Source: a virus (taxonomy: Duplodnaviria; Heunggongvirae; Uroviricota; Caudoviricetes). From it: DNA of 64,000 bases. A program made the position numbers and the translations under genes. How positions within the stretch are numbered: position 1 is the stretch's first letter; every line of letters starts with the position of its first letter. Below the pieces are notes generated by a model. That model did not search any database. It was not told the origin of the DNA and was given only the letters and a program-made list of their open reading frames with translations. Below are positions 27,229-36,480 of this stretch, one piece after another. The stretch is taken from positions 1 to 64,000 of the IMG/VR virus record IMGVR_UViG_3300029156_000001; one strand, given 5' to 3'.

Positions 27229-27473
27229 GATGTGGTAATGGCCCTTTTGATAGCTCGGCCATAAAAAGCGAAAGTAGTGAGTAGAACGGCCACGGCACTA
27301 TAGATAGGCGTATTGGACCGAAGGGTCTGATTCAGGAACATGGAAGTGGACTCTTGAGAGCCGCCATTGACTTGTCGCATCGCGGCGTCGATCGCTTGGC
27401 TGGGATCAGCCTGCACGAAGAATGCCACGGCAATGATCGCCAGGACGACCAAGGTAAATAGAAAGTGTTTCAT
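27225..27473 (-). CDS. small two-TM membrane protein
   Basis: 82 aa, two hydrophobic helices; coupled between SPFH gene and Thg1-like gene. Confidence 0.4.
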   Translation of the reverse strand: MKHFLFTLVVLAIIAVAFFVQADPSQAIDAAMRQVNGGSQESTSMFLNQTLRSNTPIYSAVAVLLTTFAFYGRAIKRAITTS

Positions 27474-28147
27474 TGAGTGAATGTCTCGATGTAATCTCGT
27501 TGTTGGGTGAAGATGGGAATGTTCCTATCTACCCTTTTCCCTTTTTCAAGCACACAAAAACCACGCTTAAAATGCGTGGGTGTATCATTCCAGTTGGTAC
27601 CTTCTGCCATTAGCATATCTTGTAGATCGCTACAGGACTTATCCTGGCACTCTCGATGGCTGAAATTGGCACGGGCTACCATCTGAACAGAATTGCGAGT
27701 AGCATCCTGCTGTCTCCAAATGAAGTAGTTGGCCACCTCCTCACGAGGGAGGTTAAAGATACGGGCGTCGAATTGTGCCAATGGTTTCACCATTGGATTG
27801 CCTGCTCTCTTGTCTGCCGTTAGCATATACCTATTAAATGCGTTGGTTGACACCGATGCAGCAATTGATACCATTTTCTGAATATTGCCACCGAACCACG
27901 CCTGGGTATCAAGTGTATCATAATCAGTAATTAGAATAGAGATCTCGTCACTTTGACCATAGGCCAGTTTCGCACCTTGAATCTCTTGCATCAAAGAGGT
28001 TGCCGTCGCGACCATTGTATTGTGTAATGTCTGATCGAATGGCGTATCAAACCCACGAGTGTACGAGTGGAACGCTCGCCCATCGACACGTAGAATCGCA
28101 GGCATCCTACGTACGAGGGAGTGCTTCCACACGCCCTCGTACGTTTT
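27470..28147 (-). CDS. Thg1-like protein (tRNA-His guanylyltransferase family 3'-5' nucleotidyltransferase)
   Basis: ILRVDGRAFHxYTRGF...PFDxxLHNTM...LAYGQSDEISIL closely matches Thg1 VVVRLDGRNFHRF...AYGQSDEYSFVF; start placed at MKTYEG (28147) to abut the upstream gene stop. Confidence 0.75.
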   Translation of the reverse strand, partial: KTYEGVWKHSLVRRMPAILRVDGRAFHSYTRGFDTPFDQTLHNTMVATATSLMQEIQGAKLAYGQSDEISILITDYDTLDTQAWFGGNIQKMVSIAASVSTNAFNRYMLTADKRAGNPMVKPLAQFDARIFNLPREEVANYFIWRQQDATRNSVQMVARANFSHRECQDKSCSDLQDMLMAEGTNWNDTPTHFKRGFCVLEKGKRVDRNIPIFTQQRDYIETFTQ

Positions 28148-28158
28148 CATTCTGTCAC

Positions 28159-28869
28159 CTAAGCTTGTTCGGTCCATGCTTTGTCTCCAGTCCAGATGAT
28201 GTAGGTATAACTCTCGACAATCGGGCAGCAGTACCACTTGGTTCTACCCACAGTCCCCTGGTCGAAAGCATGATGGTGTCCGAAGAACCAATGCTTTGGT
28301 CTAAAGTGTTCACGGAGAGCTTCGAGCGATCGTTTGTCTCCTATGCCGAAGATTTCGTCACCATGACGTTCATCAGAATAGGGCACAGTATAAGGATGCT
28401 CGTGACTAAAGATTGCGTGAATGTCACCCTCGGTTTCGAGAGCGGCCATCACTTCACCATATTTAATGGTTTCTTGTGGCCACCAGCTTTTACCCTCGAT
28501 CCTATATGCCTTATCAATAGAGGAGGCACCACCGAAGAACATCATGCGGTATCCGTCCACTTCGAGGACGGAACCGCGTGGCATGTACGTCCAGCCGGGT
28601 TGCCACGCTCCACCGTCTTTTTCAAGCTGATCGAAATTCTCGTGGTTACCATCAAGCCAAAGCTTTTCGACCGCATGGTAGCGGTCGAGGAGATCGCCAG
28701 TGAAGAAGCCGCGACTGGCCTTGAAGGGTTTAGTGCCGGGCCAACCATACGAAAAGTCTCCCACCTGGACAATATGCGTAATGTCCGAGTGTTGACGCAT
28801 GGCTTTTGCAATCATGCGATTCAACGCATGCCACGATCCATGCACATCACCAATAATGAGAAACTTCAT
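28159..28869 (-). CDS. metallophosphoesterase (calcineurin-like phosphoesterase)
   Basis: GDVHG...VGDFxxxG...GNHE motifs in order. Confidence 0.7.
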   Translation of the reverse strand: MKFLIIGDVHGSWHALNRMIAKAMRQHSDITHIVQVGDFSYGWPGTKPFKASRGFFTGDLLDRYHAVEKLWLDGNHENFDQLEKDGGAWQPGWTYMPRGSVLEVDGYRMMFFGGASSIDKAYRIEGKSWWPQETIKYGEVMAALETEGDIHAIFSHEHPYTVPYSDERHGDEIFGIGDKRSLEALREHFRPKHWFFGHHHAFDQGTVGRTKWYCCPIVESYTYIIWTGDKAWTEQA

Positions 28870-29262
28870 TTAGAAAACTTGATTCAGTGATTCGGGCAGG
28901 GTTTTGATAAGGGCAGGAAAGGGTACTCGGTAAACGAATCCGTAAGCTGTTTTCAGGTCTCTCTCCATAGCCTCGGCGGCTGGAGTGTTCATGGAGTGAA
29001 TAACGATATCGGGATCTTCAACGAACCCTACGTTTTTCAGCATCCATCGAACGACTCCACTTCCGGTATTCTCGTTCGAAGGGTCCACGTAAGTCTCGCC
29101 GCCAAGGTCGTGATCCAGAAACACAACATCGTATTTCTGCATAGTGAGACACTGAATCGCTAGGCGAGCAGTCTTCACGATTTCAACGATACACCTTTCG
29201 CCAATCTTTTCGTTAAAGGCATCGATGCGTCGTTGGTCGTCTTCTAGAATCAGGATTCTCAT
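28870..29262 (-). CDS. stand-alone response-regulator receiver (REC/CheY-like) domain protein
   Basis: MRILILEDD ... DVVFLDHDLGG ... receiver-domain acidic pocket and conserved positions; ORF track N-terminal extension (29502) is low-complexity and overlaps another ORF, so start set at internal Met. Confidence 0.5.
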   Translation of the reverse strand: MRILILEDDQRRIDAFNEKIGERCIVEIVKTARLAIQCLTMQKYDVVFLDHDLGGETYVDPSNENTGSGVVRWMLKNVGFVEDPDIVIHSMNTPAAEAMERDLKTAYGFVYRVPFPALIKTLPESLNQVF

Positions 29263-29528
29263 ATCGTGGCTATCGTCATAATTGCGACGATAAGTGTAAG
29301 GACCCGCCAGGACACTGTGACTGTATAGTCTTTTTTGAGAGGTTCGATTGGCCCCGGCGGGTTGTTTTCTTGCATTTGAAGAAAGGCACGAGCCTTCCTT
29401 AGAGCGACGATCTGTCCCTTGTGATGCTCCACCGTTGGCTGGTGTAGTTTCTGTGGTCCTTCGTCGGCTCGGACGACCGCCTCGGCACGGGCGACCTCGC
29501 AATCGATCCAGTTGAGTACCGTTTTCAA
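29259..29528 (-). CDS. small membrane protein
   Basis: 89 aa, C-terminal TM helix VLTLIVAIMTIATI; ATGA start/stop overlap with REC gene. Confidence 0.3.
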   Translation of the reverse strand: MKTVLNWIDCEVARAEAVVRADEGPQKLHQPTVEHHKGQIVALRKARAFLQMQENNPPGPIEPLKKDYTVTVSWRVLTLIVAIMTIATI

Positions 29529-29794
29529 GACTCTTCTACGATAATGTCAATCCACGTTACATTCTTGGGATTGATACCTTGGGGGCGACCATCAACGAAG
29601 AGGCTCATTGTTTCCAGTTTGCCTACGTCCGCGAAGACACTGATGGCTTGCTGTATGGCTTCCTCAAGTTGAGCCTGATCAATGCTCGGATCTTCCTTTT
29701 GGGCTTCCTCAAGCATTTTCTGGCGACTTTGCTTATCGGAAGTGAGCGACGTACCGCCCGCGAAGTGAACAACGAATTGTAGTGATTCGATCAT
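29525..29794 (-). CDS. hypothetical protein
   Basis: 89 aa acidic ORF, coupled. Confidence 0.3.
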   Translation of the reverse strand: MIESLQFVVHFAGGTSLTSDKQSRQKMLEEAQKEDPSIDQAQLEEAIQQAISVFADVGKLETMSLFVDGRPQGINPKNVTWIDIIVEES

Positions 29795-29826
29795 AGTGCC
29801 TTATTATACCTCCGTGACGGCGGAAG

Positions 29827-30018
29827 TCAAGTCTTCTTCGGGTAATCGTTGCAATGGAAGCCCTCGCCACGGAAGATAATGCCCCCAAGGCGACTAATTT
29901 GCTTTACAAGCTTGAGTGCTCCGCACTCAGGACACTTACGTTTAGCACCCTCGGTGATCTTTTGCACGAATTCGCATTTGTGATCGCATTTACTACAACG
30001 ATATTCGTAGGTGGGCAT
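29827..30018 (-). CDS. FmdB-family zinc-ribbon protein
   Basis: MPTYEYRCxxCxHxxE...CPECG pattern diagnostic of FmdB/putative regulatory zinc ribbon. Confidence 0.55.
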   Translation of the reverse strand: MPTYEYRCSKCDHKCEFVQKITEGAKRKCPECGALKLVKQISRLGGIIFRGEGFHCNDYPKKT

Positions 30019-30332
30019 TACTTTGCTTCTCGTAGAAGTCTCGTGACGCGACCATATTCAGCGATGGCAAAATCGACAGCCCCCTCTAGGCCACCGGCTC
30101 GTCCTTTTTCGGTGCGGTCTTTTCCGTTTGGGGTACCGAATGCCATATCAAGACGAGTACGCATCCCGCAATAGGTCTTAGTGATACTACTGCATCGTCT
30201 ATTCTCTTGATCGGCACGTTCCTCGGCTGCTTCCAGGTTCTCTTTCAGTTCCCGGTTTTCGTCTTGTAGTCGTTTCGTATAAGCTCTGAGAGCTTCAATT
30301 TCTACATTGAGATCTGTAATTTCATCACTCAT
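30018..30332 (-). CDS. hypothetical coiled-coil protein
   Basis: 104 aa, heptad-like LxxLxxE pattern. Confidence 0.3.
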   Translation of the reverse strand: MSDEITDLNVEIEALRAYTKRLQDENRELKENLEAAEERADQENRRCSSITKTYCGMRTRLDMAFGTPNGKDRTEKGRAGGLEGAVDFAIAEYGRVTRLLREAK

Positions 30333-30654
30333 TTTTATCCTCGATTGTAGCTACACCAGCTAGGAAGGTTCCGAATAGACTCATGAGAATCATTCCGAAG
30401 TGACCCTCTTTCACGATCATTGCCGTTGTGATGGTTCCCATCACAAGGCAGGGGATCATATTAATTAGACGATGTTTCACAGCCCAACCGAGAGCCATGA
30501 GCCGTTCCTTGTCAGCGGCGGGCATTCGCTCCCAATTGGAGTCATTGAGAGAGGGGCCAAAAATCTCGTCGTGTGCGGCACCGCCAACGTGATCGTCACC
30601 AAATCCGTTACGTACAAGAATTTCGCACGTTTCTTTTAGCTGTTCGTAAGTCAT
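30325..30654 (-). CDS. hypothetical membrane protein
   Basis: 109 aa, two C-terminal hydrophobic helices. Confidence 0.3.
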   Translation of the reverse strand: MTYEQLKETCEILVRNGFGDDHVGGAAHDEIFGPSLNDSNWERMPAADKERLMALGWAVKHRLINMIPCLVMGTITTAMIVKEGHFGMILMSLFGTFLAGVATIEDKNE

Positions 30655-31290
30655 TAGTGCCCAATTGCAAATCCAGTAGTAATTGTGACGTTCGGCTTAA
30701 ACTCTTCGCCAGGATCGGGCGTATGGAGCGAAACCTCGTTCTCCTCAGTCGTGAAGATGCAGCCCTGGCTACTGTCCACGTAGATCTGGACCGGCAGATC
30801 GCCAGAGGGGTCGCACTCTTGGAGCTTACGGATTAGGTCGCTGGTTTTCATTCTCTCATCCATCCCACGGTTTCCTTGAGCCCCATTTCAAGCCTCTGCA
30901 TCGTTTGACAAACGACGCCGACATGGATGCCAAGACGTTCACTCGCGGCCCCAGGAGGGTCCTCTTCGTGAGCACAACTCACGAAAGCGATAAGAATGCG
31001 AGCCTCATCGGGTGACAAAGTAATGTCCACGGCTGTCGGTTGAATCTTCATGACTCAGTATAGCACAGATAGACTCTAAGTCAAGGTGTTATCTCTGATA
31101 TGTGCGGTCCGTTCATGGCTCGTTCGTACATAGCGTTCCACGGGACCGAGATACTGGATATCGGACCATTCTGTGCCGCTGTCTTGATCGCTGTGACCAA
31201 CCGTGGTACAGACGACCTCTTGCCCCTGAGCGTCGGCATAGGTGACGGTTCCACACAATTTTGCCATTTTGGCTGAGTACCATGCGTGCA

Positions 31291-31710
31291 TCATTCTTCT
31301 CCACAGCTATAAACAGTAATTTCTTTGCCCTTATATTTCATGGGCAGTCTGTCAGAATCTTCCCCATAAAGCATAATACCTCTGCATTCAGACTCATCAT
31401 TATGCTTATACATTTCACGCAAAATACGTCGGATCGTACCACCGTATTCGATAAAGTCATCTACGATCACGTATTGATCAAATAGATAGCCCTCAACCGT
31501 AAAAGAGGAATGAGTATTGTCGCCGGGCTTACGCACAATTGCGAAAGGTCGCTTGGTCTTGTTGGCCAGGGCAACACCCACAAGAATGCCGCTCAGGCCA
31601 GTACACACAATCCCCACATCGGCGGGTAGCTGTGTTGCAATACGATTTACTGCCTTCTTACGTTTTACCGTATCGAAAGCAATATCGTGGTATCCTGTAA
31701 GTAGTGTCAT
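31291..31710 (-). CDS. type I phosphoribosyltransferase domain protein
   Basis: PRPP-binding motif YVIVDDFIEYGGT. Confidence 0.55.
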   Translation of the reverse strand: MTLLTGYHDIAFDTVKRKKAVNRIATQLPADVGIVCTGLSGILVGVALANKTKRPFAIVRKPGDNTHSSFTVEGYLFDQYVIVDDFIEYGGTIRRILREMYKHNDESECRGIMLYGEDSDRLPMKYKGKEITVYSCGEE

Positions 31711-33295
31711 GGGTACTATTCCCGGTATTTCTCGGTCATATTCGTGGTTGTTTTGTCATTCATCGTGTCACCTTAGGGGAGTCTTGTTTCTTACGGCGTG
31801 TATTTTCCGCTTTATTTTCAAGCTTGATTCTTACATACGCTCATGTGAGAAGTCAAGTGCTTATCGCAAGAGATTGCCACCAAAAATGTGGCTATCGGGA
31901 TGGCTTTCAGCAAAATCACAAGCGGACGGATAGCTTTGGAAGTTCTCAATACAGAGGGCACCACCAGCACCCAGATAGACGACCCAATACATTTTAAGCC
32001 TCACGATCTCCAATGATCATAGTAGAACAGTGTTCGCGTCCAAGGTTTCCGAGAGTGTCAACAGGATGCATATAGCATACGGCAGCCCACACTGGCTTAT
32101 CGTTTATCCACCAAGGGAAGATGTAAGTTTTACCGACCTTCATTTTGAAGCAGGAACCCACCAAGCAACCCCAAACCCAAAGCCAAGAATGATGATAGCA
32201 AACGAGCGATAGCGATAATCCTCGTGGACGTGATCGCTGCCGATCCTGAGGCAATTGTCAATGCTGACGAAGCAGCAGCGGCGATTAATCTTAATCTCAG
32301 GGGTGTAGACCTGGATCTGGCGGCCACGCTTTTGATCTTCTAGGATCCTGTGTAGTTGTTAACCACAAGCTAGAGAGTTGGGACGGTTTGCCGTATTCGA
32401 TACGGCCTGAGATTGTGTGATGGCGGCTAACGTGCTTCATGCATTTACGTTCGAAGAATGCTCTGAGGGCTTGTTTCATCTTAGGTTCTATCTTTTTCGA
32501 GCACTCTTAAGATCTTCACAACCCTCCAAGAAGGCATGATAGAAGAAAACCTATGACAAGCATGATCGGGGTCAGTGGCAGTAATTTGAAAGATTTGTGT
32601 GCGGCCTTCCATAAGATGTATTGTTTTGACTTTGTATTCAGTTTTGGTTATCATTTATTTTCAAGCTCCTCAATCTTATACACAAGAGAAGCCATAGTAG
32701 AAACATCATCTGGATAGAGATGATCGAAGGCGACAAGAGCCTCATAGAGAAGCTCTAGCTCTTGTTGTGTTAGACTGAGTGTTTTCATTGCTTCGATCTC
32801 TTGGGCTGTCAGAATGGCATACCGCCGCCCACACACTCACTATACCATACATAGCCTCTAAGTCAAGGACTATCTGCCCCCAGCAACAAACGCCAGGATC
32901 ACAAAGAGGCACGCTGTCCCAATAATGAGCACGTCGCCCACCCAGGAGCCTCTGGTGCGGCACCCACAATGGATCCACTGGACCTTATCAGGGGGCATTT
33001 GTCCACTTACTACTCTATTGCAGTTACTACAGATGAGGGTGGTCGTTCGATGGCTTGAAAATGATTGATTCATAGTGTCTCAGTATAGCCGCTAACTGTC
33101 ACACGTCAAGTGAAAAATAGACCTTGACAATCAGAAGATTGAGTGTATTATCTGTTCGCTGACACCCATAAAGTGTCAGATGGAGCCCGGGATGGGCGAG
33201 GATGGCCCTGGCAAGGCTTGAAAAAGACAAATGTGGGGTTTGCAGCCGTCAAACCGGCCCAGAATGGGCTCATATGCGTTTTTCCTCGTATTTGC

Positions 33296-33324
33296 TTGAC
33301 TTGACCCGTATTAGAGTGTATAAT
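33296..33324 (+). promoter_or_regulatory. sigma70-type promoter (TTGACT-17-TATAAT)
   Basis: ttgacttgacccgtattagagtgtataat; first of the plus-strand early promoters. Confidence 0.5.
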
Positions 33325-33329
33325 CGCGT

Positions 33330-33509
33330 ATGCAAACATTCATCGTATATCAAGGCGAAGACGAACAACTCATCACGACCCCTGAAGCAGAGGCCGCGAT
33401 GCTACCGATTTACTTTATCGAAGGCGGGCGTAAGCTCGAAGACTACGATCGAGAAGAGTACACTTCTGAGGCTATCCAGGTGACTGTGAGTATGAGGTCG
33501 CGAGGATAA
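33330..33509 (+). CDS. hypothetical small protein (59 aa, below ORF-track cutoff)
   Basis: ATG 6 nt after -10 region; MQTFIVYQGEDEQL...; leaderless-type arrangement. Confidence 0.25.
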   Translation: MQTFIVYQGEDEQLITTPEAEAAMLPIYFIEGGRKLEDYDREEYTSEAIQVTVSMRSRG

Positions 33510-33523
33510 TCTTGAAAAGGAAT

Positions 33524-33551
33524 TGACAATCTGATCTGGTAGCGTATAATG
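33524..33551 (+). promoter_or_regulatory. sigma70-type promoter (TTGACA-16-TATAAT) for tRNA-fMet
   Basis: ttgacaatctgatctggtagcgtataat ~90 nt upstream of the plus-strand tRNA. Confidence 0.55.
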
Positions 33552-33639
33552 CTATGTCGCGTGATGGTCACTTTAAGCCGGGCCACCCCAAACGGATAAA
33601 AAAGCAGGGGAGACGCGACACAAGACAGAAACAATGGAT

Positions 33640-33716
33640 CGCGGAGTGGAGCAGCCCGGCAGCTCGCCAGCTTCATAAGCTGGAGGTCGTAGGTTCGAAT
33701 CCTACCTCCGCTACCA
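33640..33716 (+). tRNA. initiator-type tRNA-fMet (anticodon CAU), C1 unpaired with U72
   Basis: CGCGGAGTGGAGCAGCCCGGCAGCTCG... nearly identical in D-arm to E. coli tRNA-fMet (CGCGGGGTGGAGCAGCCTGGTAGCTCG), anticodon loop TTCATAA, T-arm GTAGG-TTCGAAT-CCTAC, 3' CTCCGCTACCA. Confidence 0.65.
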
Positions 33717-33881
33717 ACAATCGGTAGACACCCTTGAGCCCGACTCTACCGATTGCTGAAAAAGGGGCAAGAAAGAAGTGGACAAACCAATCGGGACCGT
33801 CGATTTTCCGCCGATTGTTACAAAACCACAGCCGTAGACGGACGGAAGCGGTGAACCTTGCGAGGTGACATCGCCCCCTTG

Positions 33882-33905
33882 GAGCCCCGTAAGGGGCTTC
33901 TTTTT
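33882..33905 (+). terminator. intrinsic terminator
   Basis: hairpin GAGCCCC-GTAA-GGGGCTT followed by CTTTTT. Confidence 0.55.
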
Positions 33906-33908
33906 ATT

Positions 33909-34442
33909 ATGCAGAGATTTTGGAACAAAGTACATAAACTACCGGGTGATGATGCTTGTTGGATATGGCAGGCCAGCCTCAATAGTGGTGGTTATGGACA
34001 GTTTAGATTTGATGGCAAGGTTCGCCGTGCTCATCAAGTTAGCTGGAAATTGGAGAAGGGCCAGTGGGCCCCTTACTTATGCCATACGTGTGATACACCC
34101 GCATGTGTCAATCCTGCTCACTTATATGAAGGTGACAATCAGGGCAATATGGACGATAAATATAAACGTGGTAGGTCCAATCATCGTACCAAATATAGTA
34201 ACCATCTTGTACGTCGTATTCGCCGTATGTATGCTGTCGGATTTTCCAGCACATATATCATAGAGCAATTACAATTACCTAATAGCACCGTACATAACAT
34301 TTTGAACGGTAATACTCGTAGGAGTGCCGGGGGTCCAATTAGACAACCTGGACAACGTTATTATGGTAATCGCTTCAAAAAGACAGATTCACAGAATCGT
34401 AGAAGTGTCAATCGGCCTCTTACTATGTCCCAAAAATCGTAG
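33909..34442 (+). CDS. HNH homing endonuclease (HNH_3 family)
   Basis: CWIWQASLNSGGYGQF...AHQVSW...CHTCDTPACVNPAHLYEGDNQGN; start set at MQRFWNKV right after the terminator. Confidence 0.75.
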   Translation: MQRFWNKVHKLPGDDACWIWQASLNSGGYGQFRFDGKVRRAHQVSWKLEKGQWAPYLCHTCDTPACVNPAHLYEGDNQGNMDDKYKRGRSNHRTKYSNHLVRRIRRMYAVGFSSTYIIEQLQLPNSTVHNILNGNTRRSAGGPIRQPGQRYYGNRFKKTDSQNRRSVNRPLTMSQKS

Positions 34443-35030
34443 GAGGCCCACATCAACCCTTACTGGGGGACCGGGGCTTTCCCGCTTGCACGGGCAGGGC
34501 TCCCGGCCCCGAAGGGCCGACTTCCGATACTCGGGATTGGGCGAAGTCACTACTCCCAATCGCGGAACCCCGTAGTGGCGAACAAGTCAGCGTGCGGGGT
34601 CTTCGTCCCTCAGGACGCATACAGTATAGCTCGAAAACGAGCGATGTCTACTCTTTTCGCTCAAAAATGTGAGCGAAGCTTTTGAGCATATCTGCCAATC
34701 GACTCAGATCCACGTCCCCACCGTTTCCAGCGTTGCGGATCTTCATGACGGCTTCGTGCCACTCTCTACAGAGTGTTGCTACGCTTTTCTGTTCCATGAC
34801 GACAGTATACCCGGGACTAAGCATCAGGCAAGTGCCAAGTATATACTTTTTTCTTTTTCCAGCTCGGTCGAAGACCGTCCTACCTATATGATAGTACAAC
34901 AGAGCATCGTTTTTCACGATAATCTCGAAAAAGATTTGACCCCTGGTCTACTTACGCTATACTCCTAGCGTCATCGCAATGGAGCGATGCAAAACAAAAC
35001 CAGCCCGCGTAGGGCGGAAAGAGACCAATC

Positions 35031-35249
35031 ATGGCCAAGTCCAAAAAGACCGAAGAGAAACGCGGCCGGGGCCGCCCCGCCAGCTTCCCGAACACCGATA
35101 CCGTCGCCCTCCTGGCTCGGATCCCTGTCGCGACCCGCGAGCAGCTCCGTCAGGTCGCAGAACGTCGCGAGGAGCCCATCAACGTCACGCTCAACCGTTT
35201 CATCGAGCAGGGTTTCAAGAACGCCACTCGCAGCCGCAAGAGTAGCTGA
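35031..35249 (+). CDS. small basic DNA-binding protein (AT-hook GRGRP plus RHH/Arc-like C-terminus)
   Basis: KRGRGRPAS AT-hook; C-terminal REQLRQVAERREEPINVTLNRFIEQG resembles ribbon-helix-helix. Confidence 0.35.
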   Translation: MAKSKKTEEKRGRGRPASFPNTDTVALLARIPVATREQLRQVAERREEPINVTLNRFIEQGFKNATRSRKSS

Positions 35250-35267
35250 GTCACTCCTACGCGGGAC

Positions 35268-35305
35268 TAAGGGTCACCCCTAAATGGGGGTGGCCCTTCT
35301 TTTTT
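35268..35305 (+). terminator. intrinsic terminator
   Basis: GGGTCACCCC-TAAAT-GGGGGTGGCCC hairpin followed by TTCTTTTTT. Confidence 0.65.
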
Positions 35306-35391
35306 CAGAATCCGCTTGCTTTCTCGCAAGCGGGAGGTATACTCTGGGGAATCGAGGGAAACGACCCTCACAACCCACTTAGGAGAACGAC

Positions 35392-36480
35392 ATGATCAAG
35401 GGATTTTTCAACCCCCGCACCGAAGGCGACACGTTCAAGGGTCTCGGTCTTGCGATGGGCATGGATGGCACCGTCGCGGACGCCATTCACCGTGACCTCT
35501 ACGGTTTCCTCAAGGCCGCAGGCCGAGACTACCACATCAAGAAAGTTCCGGCTTTCGACTGGTCCCCTGTCGGAGCGATGGATGCCGAGTCGGGCGAGAT
35601 GGTCCCCGGGGCCATCGAGGTCGAGAACCAGTATCACCTTCGCCGGTCGCACGATCACCGGATCGTGAGCCCCGGCACCGTCACCGATTCCTACGCTCCG
35701 CTGTCCCTCATGGACGTGGCCGAGGAGATCGCCCCCTGGGTCCAGGCCGGATGGGCTACCCCGGATGCCGTGTTCGAAGCCCGCAACGGCTCGCTCGAAG
35801 TCCTGGTCCTGCGTCTCGATGCGGGTATGGACGCGAACGAACTCCGCGATGGTGACTTCTATGTTCACTACATCGTGATTCAGAACCCGCACGGTCGGGG
35901 TGGCAAGGCCCGGGGCAAGATCATCAGCTTCCGGATCGTCTGTGCCAACACGTTCGCCGCCGCCGTTTCGGCCGCGAGTGACTTCACGATCACGCACCGG
36001 GTTGCGAAGGGCGATCCGGAGGAGCAAGCCGCGATCATGCAGGAGCGGACGAAGGAAGCGGTCGCTGCGTGGGAAAAGGTCCAGGCTCACATCGCTGACC
36101 TTGCCAAGCGGATCAACGTTTGGGCCGATGCCACGATCACTTTCGCGGACGCGGAGCACCTCACCGATCAACTTCTTGGCCTTGCCGACGGTGGGACGAA
36201 AACTCTCGCGGGCAAGGATGCCAGCGGACAAGCGAAGAACGATCGCGAGGCCGTCCTCGCCGCCTACGCCATGCCGCAGTACGGCACCAACGGGGCCACC
36301 GTTTACGATTGGATCAACGGTGTCACCTTCGTCAATTCCAGCCCGAACTCGGATCGGGTCAAGGGGTCCAAGGTCTCGATGATCGACCGGGTGGTCCGTA
36401 ACGTGGACCCGAACGGTACCGGCCTCAAGGTCGAGGTCAAGGCCCAGAAGGTTGTCGATGCCTTCCTCGGGGCCAAGTGA
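35392..36480 (+). CDS. hypothetical protein, possibly DUF932/TIGR03299 phage-plasmid-like family, in GC-rich island
   Basis: AGGAG RBS 8 nt upstream; 362 aa; ~65% GC versus ~50% elsewhere; family assignment from memory only. Confidence 0.4.
   Translation: MIKGFFNPRTEGDTFKGLGLAMGMDGTVADAIHRDLYGFLKAAGRDYHIKKVPAFDWSPVGAMDAESGEMVPGAIEVENQYHLRRSHDHRIVSPGTVTDSYAPLSLMDVAEEIAPWVQAGWATPDAVFEARNGSLEVLVLRLDAGMDANELRDGDFYVHYIVIQNPHGRGGKARGKIISFRIVCANTFAAAVSAASDFTITHRVAKGDPEEQAAIMQERTKEAVAAWEKVQAHIADLAKRINVWADATITFADAEHLTDQLLGLADGGTKTLAGKDASGQAKNDREAVLAAYAMPQYGTNGATVYDWINGVTFVNSSPNSDRVKGSKVSMIDRVVRNVDPNGTGLKVEVKAQKVVDAFLGAK

Noticed and set aside
28000-28890. 296-aa plus-strand ORF across the Thg1-like and metallophosphoesterase genes
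   Set aside because: Antisense to two ORFs with strong family motifs (Thg1 and calcineurin-like); no independent support.
29259-29502. N-terminal 80-aa extension of the REC-domain ORF
   Set aside because: Arg/Pro/Gly-rich low-complexity translation overlapping another ORF in a different frame; the internal Met at MRILILEDD gives a canonical receiver domain start.
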